From the IMG/VR virus record IMGVR_UViG_3300045988_163731: a stretch of 63,234 nucleotides of DNA. One strand, written 5' to 3'. This DNA comes from a virus. Position numbers and translations under genes: made by a program. The notes under the pieces are model-generated. The model did not search any database. It saw only the letters and a program-made list of their open reading frames with translations, and was not told the DNA's origin. Below are positions 1 to 8,735 of this stretch, one piece after another; position 1 is the first letter of the stretch, and each line of letters begins with the position of its first letter.

Positions 1-455
1 AGAAAGGTGGTATAACTGCTACTGCCTCTGCAAATATAGACAAGCAAAAGCTAAAGGTACAGAAAATTCATCATCATATAACAACAATCCGAGAGGATTA
101 TGAAAACAAAACGGTTCACGAAATAGTGAAGCAAAAACCACGCTTCATTACGGTGGAAGATTTGAATGTTAAAGGTATGATGAAGAATCGGCATCTAGCA
201 AAAGCGATAGCGGCACAGAGATTTAATCATCTGTTAGCCAAGCTAAAACGCAAAGCAGAAATAATAGGGATTGAACTTCGGGAAGTTGACAGATTCTATC
301 CAAGTTCTAAAACCTGTCACACTTGTGGACATATACATAAAGGTTTGAAACTCAAAGACAGAATGTATGCTTGTCCAAAATGTGACTATACAGCGGATAG
401 AGATTACAATGCTTCGCTTAATTTGCGGGATGCTAAAGAATATCGGGTAGCTTAA
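1..455 (+). CDS. tnpB: IS607-family TnpB (OrfB, RNA-guided RuvC nuclease), C-terminal part. The ORF enters from the window start and continues the ORF that runs off the window end.
   Basis: Frame-continuous with 62406-63234 through the 75-bp terminal overlap. Contains a CHTCGH...CPKC zinc finger and a DRDYNAS RuvC-III-like motif. Stop codon at 453-455. Confidence 0.85.
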   Translation, partial: KGGITATASANIDKQKLKVQKIHHHITTIREDYENKTVHEIVKQKPRFITVEDLNVKGMMKNRHLAKAIAAQRFNHLLAKLKRKAEIIGIELREVDRFYPSSKTCHTCGHIHKGLKLKDRMYACPKCDYTADRDYNASLNLRDAKEYRVA

Positions 456-634
456 TAACAAAAGTTTCGATATATGTACCGATGGCTAGTCGGGAACAGG
501 CTTGCCTCCTTGTTTAAAACAAGGAGTGTATTGCCAACGCCTTTGGAGTGCTACACAAACGCTAGTAGCTTGCCCCTTTGGGACGGCGAGAGCGAGCACG
601 ATGAACAAGGAATTTTTCTAAGACATATACACTT
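456..634 (+). ncRNA. Candidate TnpB omega-RNA (right-end RNA) scaffold/guide region
   Basis: About 180 nt with no ORF, immediately 3' of tnpB. Holds stable stem-loops such as CTCCTTGTT-TAAA-AACAAGGAG near 503-526. TnpB guide RNAs are known to derive from this position in IS200/605/607 elements. Confidence 0.3.
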
Positions 635-664
635 TTGTCTATGTTTTTAGTAGCAGGAACAGAA

Positions 665-1099
665 ATGAGAAAGAATTGTATTGCGGAAGTTGCTAAGGCT
701 CTCGGTTTAGAGCTGGAAGAAGTGTTTTGTATTGATGGTGATGAGCATTATTTTAGGCTTACCGATACGGGATTAGAAACAAAAAGAAATTTTGAAAGTA
801 AAGATTGGTATCTTGAAATTACTGCTACGCTAAACAGCTTGTTGATTGGAGAAAATGAAGTTATTAAGCTACCCTGGAAACCTGATAATGGTGAAATTTA
901 CTATGTTCCAGATGTTACAACAGATAAAAAATATAGTATATGGAAATGGTTCAATTTTGAGTGTGACCAGTTGCATTACCAAAGGGGAGTTGTATTTAAG
1001 ACCGCTGAGGAAGCCATTACAGTAGCAGATGAAATAATAAGCAATTGCAAAGAGAGATGGAACGTTCAAAAGATGAAATACTCTGGGAAAAGTGTATGA
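665..1099 (+). CDS. Hypothetical protein, paralog of the next gene (shares an LLIG..I.LPWKP..GE.YY.P motif)
   Basis: ORF with AGGAAC-N5-ATG. The internal ATG at 665 is preferred over 635, which has no RBS. Confidence 0.55.
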   Translation: MRKNCIAEVAKALGLELEEVFCIDGDEHYFRLTDTGLETKRNFESKDWYLEITATLNSLLIGENEVIKLPWKPDNGEIYYVPDVTTDKKYSIWKWFNFECDQLHYQRGVVFKTAEEAITVADEIISNCKERWNVQKMKYSGKSV

Positions 1100-1344
1100 G
1101 TGAAGTGCTCGAGCATCTCTTAATAGGTGCAATAGGCATTAAACGGCCTTGGAAACCCCAAGAGGGCGAAGCATATTTTATCCCATGCATAAATTATGTT
1201 GAGTCTCGCATGTCTTTAAAATTTGATTGGCATGGTTCTGATGCAGATTATAAAAGGTATAGGCTTAAAATTGTTTGCAGGACACAAGAGGAGGCTGTAG
1301 AGTTGACTAAGAAAATGATGCTGGTAGCAATAAATGAACAGTAA
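1045..1344 (+). CDS. Hypothetical protein, shorter paralog of 665-1099
   Basis: Shares the motifs LLIGAIGIKRPWKPQEGEAYFIP and EEAVEL with the upstream protein. Overlaps the upstream gene in another frame. Confidence 0.5.
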   Translation: MQREMERSKDEILWEKCMSEVLEHLLIGAIGIKRPWKPQEGEAYFIPCINYVESRMSLKFDWHGSDADYKRYRLKIVCRTQEEAVELTKKMMLVAINEQ

Positions 1345-1912
1345 GCAAAGAAGATGGTTGTTGGTCGGCCCAATCATTTTCTCTTTTGCTATGGCAATGA
1401 CAACGCCAATAATTCAAGTGTATTTCATACAACTTGTAAATCCAAATGTACTCGCAGTTTCAAATATGTTAGCAGTTGGTCTGGCAGCTGTCGTAAATAC
1501 ATCTATCACAAAAGAGAGGTTCTTGAGGTGGTATGATAAGCATTTTACATTCATCATAGTAACAGACATTTTGCTATTTGTAGTTGTATCTTGTGCCGGC
1601 ATGGAAATGGCTGCTATGAGATACATCGGCATGGCTGTGACAAACGCTATATCAACAACATTATGGGTATGCGTTATGCAAAATGCTATCAATAATACTA
1701 TTAAGGGCCAGGATTTAACGATATGGCAGAGTTTGGCTAAGAGCTATGAAATGTATGCTTCTTTAGTAGGCGGTCTAGCAATTCTACTGATTGGTGATAT
1801 ACATATTGAGCTAGCTATAGGAATACAATGCCTGGCCAATTTGTTCATGGGACTGACTGATTTGAGGGCGAGAAAGTTGTTGATGTTAAAGGGCGATGAA
1901 AAGGAGGTTTGA
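1334..1912 (+). CDS. Polytopic membrane protein, unknown function
   Basis: Several hydrophobic spans throughout. Its start overlaps the stop of the previous gene. Confidence 0.6.
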   Translation: MNSKQRRWLLVGPIIFSFAMAMTTPIIQVYFIQLVNPNVLAVSNMLAVGLAAVVNTSITKERFLRWYDKHFTFIIVTDILLFVVVSCAGMEMAAMRYIGMAVTNAISTTLWVCVMQNAINNTIKGQDLTIWQSLAKSYEMYASLVGGLAILLIGDIHIELAIGIQCLANLFMGLTDLRARKLLMLKGDEKEV

Positions 1913-1918
1913 GTATCA

Positions 1919-2128
1919 TTGACAAATAGAGAAAAGGCTATCGCTAGTCTTACGGAATGGTTTAAGTTGTTAAATAATGAGTCACTGGCATTTGCTGTTG
2001 TTGGAATACCCAATGCTGACTTTGTCTGCCAACATTGCATACATGGTACTAGCCGTGGCAAGGCTTGCAAAGCAAAAGGCACTTGTGAAGAAGGTGTTAA
2101 GCAGTGGCTAGAGCAGGAGGAGTCATGA
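1919..2128 (+). CDS. Small Cys-rich hypothetical protein (TTG start)
   Basis: GGAGG about 13 nt upstream. Contains CQHC...CKAKGTC. Confidence 0.4.
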   Translation: MTNREKAIASLTEWFKLLNNESLAFAVVGIPNADFVCQHCIHGTSRGKACKAKGTCEEGVKQWLEQEES

Positions 2129-2316
2129 TTACACATGAAGAAGCTATAAAAGCAGCGAACTTGATATTTGGATTTTGTTGCCAGCAAAAGGATTGTAAGA
2201 GTTGTCCCTTTAAGGGGAAAAGATTTTTTGTACCAGAACAGGGCTATATGACTTGTGGGCTTTATGAGGTGCCTTGTGCATGGAATCGTGTTTGGAATAA
2301 GGGGCGAAAATCATGA
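2125..2316 (+). CDS. Small Cys-rich hypothetical protein
   Basis: Strong RBS GCAGGAGGAG before the ATG at 2125. Contains CC..C..C..C. Confidence 0.5.
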   Translation: MITHEEAIKAANLIFGFCCQQKDCKSCPFKGKRFFVPEQGYMTCGLYEVPCAWNRVWNKGRKS

Positions 2317-2573
2317 AAAATTTAATTATCGGTGCATTAATTGGCATTATAGTTGGTATGCTAGGAACAGCATATGCTTCCAATATTGGTGGTAACAAAA
2401 AGATTACAATTTACACTGACGAGGAAACTAAGATACAGTACATAATTATCGAAGCTTGGGGATCATATATAGGTGAGTATAGTGTAGGAATCTGCCCTAG
2501 ATATACTTCTAATGGAAACTTGTACTATGTAGGTTCAGAGGCTGTAGAAAGGGGAGGGACATATGAAAGATAA
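2313..2573 (+). CDS. Small protein with an N-terminal transmembrane anchor
   Basis: N-terminus is LIIGALIGIIVGMLGTAYA. Its ATGA overlaps the previous stop. Confidence 0.5.
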   Translation: MKNLIIGALIGIIVGMLGTAYASNIGGNKKITIYTDEETKIQYIIIEAWGSYIGEYSVGICPRYTSNGNLYYVGSEAVERGGTYER

Positions 2574-2688
2574 AGCAAAAGAACAGGCGAGTGAACGCAC
2601 AAAGATTCTTAATGATTACAAGAATAAGAAAATCAACTCCCAGGAAGCTATCAAAAGGCTGAGGGAGCTGTGTCAAAGAAAGTAAACT

Positions 2689-2726
2689 AAATGTCTTGCT
2701 GATACCGGCAAGACATTTTTTATGCC
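2689..2726 (+). terminator. Rho-independent terminator
   Basis: Hairpin AATGTCTTGC-N9-GCAAGACATT followed by a TTTTTTAT run. Confidence 0.55.
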
Positions 2727-2805
2727 TTTTTTGTGCTGATACTACATCATTACTACACCCTTGCCAGGCGAAGAATCGTGGCATAATAAGGGTAGAGGTG
2801 ATAGA

Positions 2806-3172
2806 GATGTACGGATATACACAGCAACAGCAGGCACCTGGGCAATGGCTCATGGTGAACAGCTATCAAGATGTACAGCGGGCACTTCTGCCGATGGACG
2901 GCTCACAGATGATGTTTATGATGAAGAATGAGCCTATATTTTATATAGCAAGCATTGTAAATGGGCAGAAATGCATACAGCCGTACACTTTTCAAGAGCT
3001 GACACCGGAGAATATGCCGAAGCAGCCCCCGACAGTAGAGGAGCGTGTACAGAGCTTGGAGAGTAATCTGGCTGACATAGTAGAGCTATTGAAAGGAATG
3101 AGGGCTGATGAATCCAATATTCAAGCAAAGACAAATGAACCAGCAGGGGAACCTACAGCAGTTTCTAAATAA
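2806..3172 (+). CDS. Hypothetical protein with a C-terminal coiled-coil
   Basis: RBS GAGGTGATAGAG before the ATG at 2806. The longer 2696 start has no RBS. Confidence 0.5.
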
Positions 3173-3335
3173 TGTCAAAGACCCAAAACAGCAGGTTATG
3201 ACCATGATACAACATATGTCGCCTGATAAGCGACATATGATACATGATATGCTGCCAAAGGCCAGAGCAATGGCAGGCAGATTTGGCATAAATGACTTTG
3301 ATTCAGTGGCCACTGAAATAAATAAAATCTTATAA
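3108..3335 (+). CDS. Small hypothetical protein
   Basis: RBS-like AAGGAATGAGGG. Overlaps the 3' end of the previous gene in another frame. Confidence 0.4.
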   Translation: MNPIFKQRQMNQQGNLQQFLNNVKDPKQQVMTMIQHMSPDKRHMIHDMLPKARAMAGRFGINDFDSVATEINKIL

Positions 3336-3349
3336 AAGGAGTGATAGAA

Positions 3350-3805
3350 ATGGACGAATCTTTGATTGGCAACATCTTAGGAGGCCTGATTAATCGTGAT
3401 GGAGATAACAACAATTGTATGGGCAACGGCGGTTGGTGGATTATTCTTCTTATGATTTTTTTCTGGGGTGGCAACGGCTTTGGCGGCTGGGGCAATGCAG
3501 GAGCACAGGCAGCAATGGCTAACTATGCTACCCAGGCAGATATTACCAACGGCTTTAACTTCAATCAGTTGCAGAACGACATCAGAGGTGTAGAGCGTGG
3601 ATTGTGTGATACCGGCTATGAAAATGCCCGCCTTATCAATGGTGCTACCAATACCATTGTTGGCCAGGGGCAGAGACTCGGTGAGGCTATTGCGCAGGTT
3701 GGCTTTAATGCCCAGCAGTGCTTGATGAAATTCTTTGAGGCCTTAAAGAATTTCTGCACAAAGATTGAATTGACAAATCTTAATGCAGTAGGCACTTGTG
3801 CATAG
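3350..3805 (+). CDS. Gly/Trp-rich membrane protein (GGWWIILLMIFFWGGNGFGGWGN), unknown function
   Basis: RBS AAAGGAGTGA before the ATG at 3350. One transmembrane span flanked by glycine-rich low-complexity sequence. Confidence 0.5.
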   Translation: MDESLIGNILGGLINRDGDNNNCMGNGGWWIILLMIFFWGGNGFGGWGNAGAQAAMANYATQADITNGFNFNQLQNDIRGVERGLCDTGYENARLINGATNTIVGQGQRLGEAIAQVGFNAQQCLMKFFEALKNFCTKIELTNLNAVGTCA

Positions 3806-3937
3806 TAATATGCACTGGCAATCGGGTGAATTGCTGGAAAATCTAAGTTTACATTTTTGCTCAAATAGCTATATTGATGTATAATTAGCAATGTATAGTT
3901 AACAGAAATATCGATATACTGAGGGGGCAAATGTAAT

Positions 3938-4717
3938 ATGTTTTATGTTTACGAATGGTTTAATACTGAAAATAAAGAAATATTCTATGTTGGAAAAGGC
4001 ACACATAGACGATATAAAGTCAGAAAACATAATGAAAGATTTAATGATTACATCAAAAAATATCCAACTGATAGCAGGATTGTAAAAGAATTTCTTACTG
4101 AAGAAGAAGCATTTAAGTTCGAATATGAATATATACTAAAATTAAAGGCAAAAGGACAGTGTATATGCAATATAGACAAAGGTGGTCATGGAGGTACGAC
4201 TTCATGGTGGAATGATGAAAAGCGTTATCAATATTCAATACATAATGCTATGAAGTCAGAAATTCAAAGGAATCGCATGAAACAAAATAATCCTATGCGT
4301 AATCCTGATGTGGCTAAAAAAACTGCTAAAGCAAAAACAAAACCTGTTATTATAAACGGTAAACGATATGATGGTGTAAAAAGTGCTGCTAAGGCGTTAG
4401 GGATATGGGATATTTCCATATATAGATGGGTAAAAAGAGGCTATGATACAATGGGAAATCCTTGCTATTACGAGGGTGAAAAAGCTAAGAATTTTACCAA
4501 GCATACAACTTGTTCGAAAGCTGTACTAATAGACGATAAGAGATTCCCATCAGTAAAAGCAGCGGCAATTTATTTAGGAACATACTCAGAAAAAATTATT
4601 CGTAATATAAAAGCTGGAAAGCCAGTTTTAGGACATATTTGTAAATACGACAATCAGCAACCAAGCTGCGGGAAATCCGATAACAGTACCGCAGAAGGCT
4701 CAACGACTAACGAGTGA
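3938..4717 (+). CDS. Free-standing GIY-YIG homing endonuclease with C-terminal NUMOD-like DNA-binding repeats
   Basis: N-terminus FYVYEW...EIFYVGKG...R is a GIY-YIG motif. Repeated GKRYDGVKSAAKALGI and KRFPSVKAAAIYLG motifs follow. Confidence 0.85.
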   Translation: MFYVYEWFNTENKEIFYVGKGTHRRYKVRKHNERFNDYIKKYPTDSRIVKEFLTEEEAFKFEYEYILKLKAKGQCICNIDKGGHGGTTSWWNDEKRYQYSIHNAMKSEIQRNRMKQNNPMRNPDVAKKTAKAKTKPVIINGKRYDGVKSAAKALGIWDISIYRWVKRGYDTMGNPCYYEGEKAKNFTKHTTCSKAVLIDDKRFPSVKAAAIYLGTYSEKIIRNIKAGKPVLGHICKYDNQQPSCGKSDNSTAEGSTTNE

Positions 4718-4882
4718 GGACGGAAACCAATAATCTCGACACGAGTGCCCGACTCCTATATTTTTTAGGATGAAGATATAGTCTGAACTTATAGGAAACT
4801 ATAAGATGTATAAGATAAAGAGCTTATACGATAACACAATGGCTGCGAGACTAACCGCAATATTGACAATGTTCGTTATGAG

Positions 4883-5146
4883 ATGAGCAAGAATACTTGC
4901 GACATCACTACCAATGCTACGGCCAATACCCAGAAGATTCTTGACCGCTTGTGTCAGATGGAGGCTACAGCAAAGGATAACACCATTGCACAGCTGAGAA
5001 GTGACTTGCAGGCAGCTCAGTTGACTCTGGGCAACCATGCACAGACTCAGTCCCTTATCGGGGCTTTGAGGCCTACTCCACAACCAGCTTACATTGTGTC
5101 TAGCCCTTACGCTACTAGCTACAATGCTGGTACAACTATCATCTAA
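4883..5146 (+). CDS. Hypothetical protein
   Basis: ORF followed by a terminator. The antisense ORF 4799-5182 is judged spurious. Confidence 0.4.
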   Translation: MSKNTCDITTNATANTQKILDRLCQMEATAKDNTIAQLRSDLQAAQLTLGNHAQTQSLIGALRPTPQPAYIVSSPYATSYNAGTTII

Positions 5147-5173
5147 GAGTGCATATCCGCACCAAACTAAAGG

Positions 5174-5210
5174 CAGGAACATTGCTAAAGTGCGGTGTTC
5201 CTGTTTTTCT
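5174..5210 (+). terminator. Rho-independent terminator
   Basis: CAGGAACA-N14-TGTTCCTG followed by TTTTTCT. Confidence 0.5.
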
Positions 5211-5280
5211 ATTGTAGGGGTGTAGTGAAATGCGACACCCTATACCATTTTCCTGACGTCACGAAAAAGGAGTGATTTTC

Positions 5281-5679
5281 ATGTTAGAAGCAAATTCCCA
5301 GACATTAACAGTAACAGCGAATACAGACCTTACATTCGCAAATATCAACATTCAGACTGGTTTAACAGCAGTCTTGGACAGTGACAATGCAACTATCAGA
5401 CTGAATAGACCAGGTATATACCGTGTAGACTTTACCGCCTATGGCAGTAGCACCGCCGCAGGGACAATTGGAGCCCAGCTGTATGCCAATGATACAGCAG
5501 TCAACAGAGCTTCCAGTGTTGCCACCACCGCAGCAGGGGCACCACAGGCAATAGCTTTTTCTACTCTTGTAGCAGTTGGGAGCACCACGGCAGGCAGAAC
5601 CGCAAAGCTGAATGTAAAATACATCGGTGCAGCTGGTATCTTGAACAATGCTGATGTTATCGTGACAAAGATTGCATAA
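5281..5679 (+). CDS. BclA C-terminal-domain-like / C1q-TNF-like jelly-roll protein
   Basis: Pattern TVTANTDLTF...GIYRVDFTAYGSS...LYANDTAV...AKLNVKY resembles exosporium BclA C-terminal domains. Confidence 0.45.
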   Translation: MLEANSQTLTVTANTDLTFANINIQTGLTAVLDSDNATIRLNRPGIYRVDFTAYGSSTAAGTIGAQLYANDTAVNRASSVATTAAGAPQAIAFSTLVAVGSTTAGRTAKLNVKYIGAAGILNNADVIVTKIA

Positions 5680-5690
5680 GGGGTGATAAC

Positions 5691-6122
5691 ATGAAAGCAG
5701 AAATCAAAGAGGCTTGGCAAAGGATTCTTGCTCATCAGCTGGAGGGGATAATGCTACACAGCAAGTTAAGCACTACATATATGCTGCTAGACTGTAAGAA
5801 GCAGTCAAGGACTCATTCAGCCCACTACATTCAAGAGTGCATTGCACATCAGAATACACTTTTGTACATTGTGAGCGAATATGGCGAGGAAGTACAGCCC
5901 GCAAACCTCACAATCGAGCCTGACAAACATATCTGTATGCCTGTTCGACCACTAGAACGCCATGTAAGGCACGAAAAGGCAAGTGCCCTAGTGAATGTAT
6001 GGAAAGAGTGGGAAACCGCAACAGCGAGCTTCTACGAGGAAATGAAAGCTATTATGCCAGATTGCCCACTGATTAACAAACTTTTGAAGTCGGTCAAGTA
6101 TGAATTGGCCCACATACACTAA
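5691..6122 (+). CDS. Hypothetical protein
   Basis: ORF with an RBS (GGGGTGATAAC) before the ATG. Confidence 0.5.
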   Translation: MKAEIKEAWQRILAHQLEGIMLHSKLSTTYMLLDCKKQSRTHSAHYIQECIAHQNTLLYIVSEYGEEVQPANLTIEPDKHICMPVRPLERHVRHEKASALVNVWKEWETATASFYEEMKAIMPDCPLINKLLKSVKYELAHIH

Positions 6123-6156
6123 AAAAACAGCCCCCACCAATCAAGGTAGGGGCTGT
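6121..6156. terminator. Bidirectional terminator between convergent genes
   Basis: CAGCCCC-N14-GGGGCTG hairpin. An A-run lies upstream and a T-rich stretch downstream. Confidence 0.55.
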
Positions 6157-6160
6157 ACAA

Positions 6161-6940
6161 TTATTCTGTGATTAATGTAATATCGCCTACAAGGTCAGCT
6201 GTTTCGCTGTCAGTGCTGACACAATGGAGTATCTGACGAAATTTCTCAATAGCCTTGGCATTGTACCGGAACGACTCAACCTCTTTGTTTGAGTGCTTGG
6301 CCTTGTCGTGATACCAGGAGCCGTATTCTGCTGTTTTCAGCTTGTGAACATTAGCAAGTCTGCCGATTTTATGAGCCGACACATTAAGCATATTGCCAAT
6401 CTCAGTAGCGGTGTAGGTCTTTTCCTCAGCTTTTGGCAGGGTAACAACATCCTTTTCAGCCAAAGTGTTAGCAGCATAGGCCTTGCAAACTTGCTGATAT
6501 GTACCGCTTGAACCCTCTGCCAGCTTTGCCCAGAGTGCTGCTTCACGGACTTTTGCATTGCGTTCCATGATTGCTAACCGCTTGGTCTTGGATTCGTCCA
6601 ATGGCTTTGCGGTGTAGCTCCCAGTCTTGCGGATAGATGGCAGGACTTCATCAAATACCCAGCTCTCAAACTTCTCTGCTGCTGGCAGTTTTGAATGAGT
6701 GATAAGCCTGTACACATCGCCCTCTGGAATAAAGTTTACCTCTAGTGTACCTTTGCCCTGTGGATGAGGTATGCGGTGTTTTACAGTACACCTGCAATGT
6801 GCAGAAACAGCATCTGCTGGCCGTGCATACCCTAGCATTTTAGCAACATCACTTGCGACAAACATAATCTTGCCGTTATTGTCCCAGGTTCTTAGATTGC
6901 CGAAAACATCACTACTAAAAATTTTTAAATTTTTCTGCAT
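6161..6940 (-). CDS. Phage antirepressor, Bro-N domain plus KilA-C-like C-terminal domain
   Basis: N-terminus FSSDVFGNLRTWDNNGKIMFVASDVAKMLGY...FESWVFDEVLPSIRKTG is a canonical Bro-N domain. The C-terminal domain is shared with 39865-40806. Confidence 0.85.
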   Translation of the reverse strand: MQKNLKIFSSDVFGNLRTWDNNGKIMFVASDVAKMLGYARPADAVSAHCRCTVKHRIPHPQGKGTLEVNFIPEGDVYRLITHSKLPAAEKFESWVFDEVLPSIRKTGSYTAKPLDESKTKRLAIMERNAKVREAALWAKLAEGSSGTYQQVCKAYAANTLAEKDVVTLPKAEEKTYTATEIGNMLNVSAHKIGRLANVHKLKTAEYGSWYHDKAKHSNKEVESFRYNAKAIEKFRQILHCVSTDSETADLVGDITLITE

Positions 6941-7058
6941 GATTTAACCTCTTTTCATTGAAAAAAGGCTATACCTTATGATACAATAATTTCAAGAGGC
7001 ATAGCCTCGTGGATGGATTGTAGCATATTGTCTTTTGTTGGGGAACAGGGGCAATATG

Positions 7059-7235
7059 CTACTCGTTTATACTGGTATATACCTGCTGTATTCCCCGAAT
7101 GACGATTTCGGTTTTTGTTGTATTGAAATGTTTTGCACATTCCTCCAACATATCAGCCTCTTTTTTAGTCATTCTGATTCTAGTTTGAACCTCTCTAGGA
7201 CTTCTTGCAGGTGGTTTACCTGTTTTTGCAACCAT
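7059..7235 (-). CDS. Small ribbon-helix-helix-like DNA-binding protein, first gene of the leftward RHH-antirepressor operon
   Basis: AGGAGGTGAAAAAC-ATG on the minus strand supports the start at 7235 (MVAKTGKPPARSPREV...). The longer ORF starting at 7283 has no RBS. Confidence 0.55.
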   Translation of the reverse strand: MVAKTGKPPARSPREVQTRIRMTKKEADMLEECAKHFNTTKTEIVIRGIQQVYTSINE

Positions 7236-7447
7236 GTTTTTCACCTCCTGTTGCGTGGTTACACAAACATTATAAGAAAACATAGGGAAAGTGTCAAGGA
7301 AAATTTTCCCTAAAACTTAAAGATTGTAAAAAACAGAATTATGATTGCGTTTTTCTTAACAATCATTGCGAATTTTCAACAAATAATTTAAAGTTAATTA
7401 ATTGCTAGTTATGCTAGTGTTGGTATTATTGAACAAGGAAATGTGAT

Positions 7448-8668
7448 ATGACATATTTTATTATAGCGGTGTTGGTTGTAGCTTGTATCGTTATGCACAA
7501 CGACAAAGAGAGATGGCGAGAAGGACACCTGAAAAAACAAGATTTAATAAAAAAAGGGGAAGACTGTTATTATCAAGCGGTCGTGGACGCTAGAAAAATA
7601 AAAGATGAAACTAAAAGAGCAAAAGAACAGATATTGTTTTTAGCAAACAGAGAAGCCAATCTGATAAAGGAAGAGAACAAAAAGAAGATTGCAGATATAG
7701 AGGAAGAACGGAATTTGCTCACGGCTGCAAAAACAGCAGCTATAAAAGATTTTCCAGTGCTTGCTACAATAATAGCAGATTATGAAAATGCCAAAGACCT
7801 TGCAATTGAAAATAATCTTAGATATAAAGACAGGCCAGCGGTAAAGGCTGCTGATGAAGTCAAGAAGATTAGAGGAGAAAAAAGAATACTCATTGTAGAA
7901 AATCACGCATATAAATGGGAGCTGCTGCATTTAAAAAAGCTTTTGCCGTGGCTTGAAGATATTGAGGAAGAAGCGATAACACCAGTCCACGACTATATAA
8001 ATGCAAACTTTGCAGAAAATGATTCTGCTGGATTCTGGCTAACACCTGATGAGTATATGAGATTGCGGAGTACAGAAAAATATCAGCTTGCCCTTAAGAG
8101 ATACTGCACCCGGCATAAATCAAACCAGGAAATAGGCACCGAGTATGAGCGTTTTATAGGCTATATGTACGAAACTAAGGGATATAAGGTTGAGTTTGTA
8201 GGCATAGAAAAAGGCTTAGAGGATTTAGGAAGAGATTTGATTTGTACCAATGACAAAGAAGTTCTCATAGTGCAATGTAAATGCTGGTCGAATAAGAAGA
8301 ACAAAGTTATTCGTGAGAAATACATCAACCAATTATGCGGTACGGCTTTAATGTACAAAATAAAGCATCCAGAATGTAAAAAAACTATAAAGCCTGTGTT
8401 TGTTTCAACAGTGCCATATAGCGATATGGCAAAAGAATTTGCCAAATGCCTAAACATACAATGTATTGTTCAGCCCTTAGAGAAGTACCCAATGGTAAAA
8501 TGTAACATAAATCTCTCGACTAATGAGAAAATATACCATTTGCCATTTGACCAGCAATATGACAAATGCGTTATAAATAAAAAGCTGGGTGAATGTTATG
8601 TAATGACGGTACAAGAGGCAGAAAATAAAGGTTTTAGACGTGCCAGGCGTTGGCTCGGACATAATTAA
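7448..8668 (+). CDS. Membrane-anchored protein with a coiled-coil and an Mrr-cat-like (PD-(D/E)xK) restriction-endonuclease domain
   Basis: N-terminal TM span FIIAVLVVACIVM. The block FIGYMYETKGYKVEFVG...DLGRDLICTNDKEVLIVQCKCWS matches the Mrr catalytic motif (G.D.G.DL...VQCK). Confidence 0.65.
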   Translation: MTYFIIAVLVVACIVMHNDKERWREGHLKKQDLIKKGEDCYYQAVVDARKIKDETKRAKEQILFLANREANLIKEENKKKIADIEEERNLLTAAKTAAIKDFPVLATIIADYENAKDLAIENNLRYKDRPAVKAADEVKKIRGEKRILIVENHAYKWELLHLKKLLPWLEDIEEEAITPVHDYINANFAENDSAGFWLTPDEYMRLRSTEKYQLALKRYCTRHKSNQEIGTEYERFIGYMYETKGYKVEFVGIEKGLEDLGRDLICTNDKEVLIVQCKCWSNKKNKVIREKYINQLCGTALMYKIKHPECKKTIKPVFVSTVPYSDMAKEFAKCLNIQCIVQPLEKYPMVKCNINLSTNEKIYHLPFDQQYDKCVINKKLGECYVMTVQEAENKGFRRARRWLGHN

Positions 8669-8678
8669 CCGCACAATA

Positions 8679-8716
8679 AAACCCCTCTCTATTCCAGAGA
8701 GGGGTTGTTTTTATTT
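8679..8716. terminator. Bidirectional terminator between the convergent Mrr-like and DUF262 genes
   Basis: AACCCCTCTCT-ATTCC-AGAGAGGGGTT, with T-runs on both strands. Confidence 0.6.
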
Positions 8717-8735
8717 TGAAGCCCCCAAAAAAATG

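Larger units (their letters stand above)
1..634 (+). mobile_element. Right-hand portion of an IS607-family insertion (tnpB 3' end plus right-end region). The exact right boundary is not determined.
   Basis: Continuation of the element that begins around 61700-61800. A non-coding, structured stretch follows tnpB before the next gene. Confidence 0.6.

Noticed and set aside
243-461. 72-aa minus-strand ORF
   Set aside because: Antisense to the tnpB 3' end.
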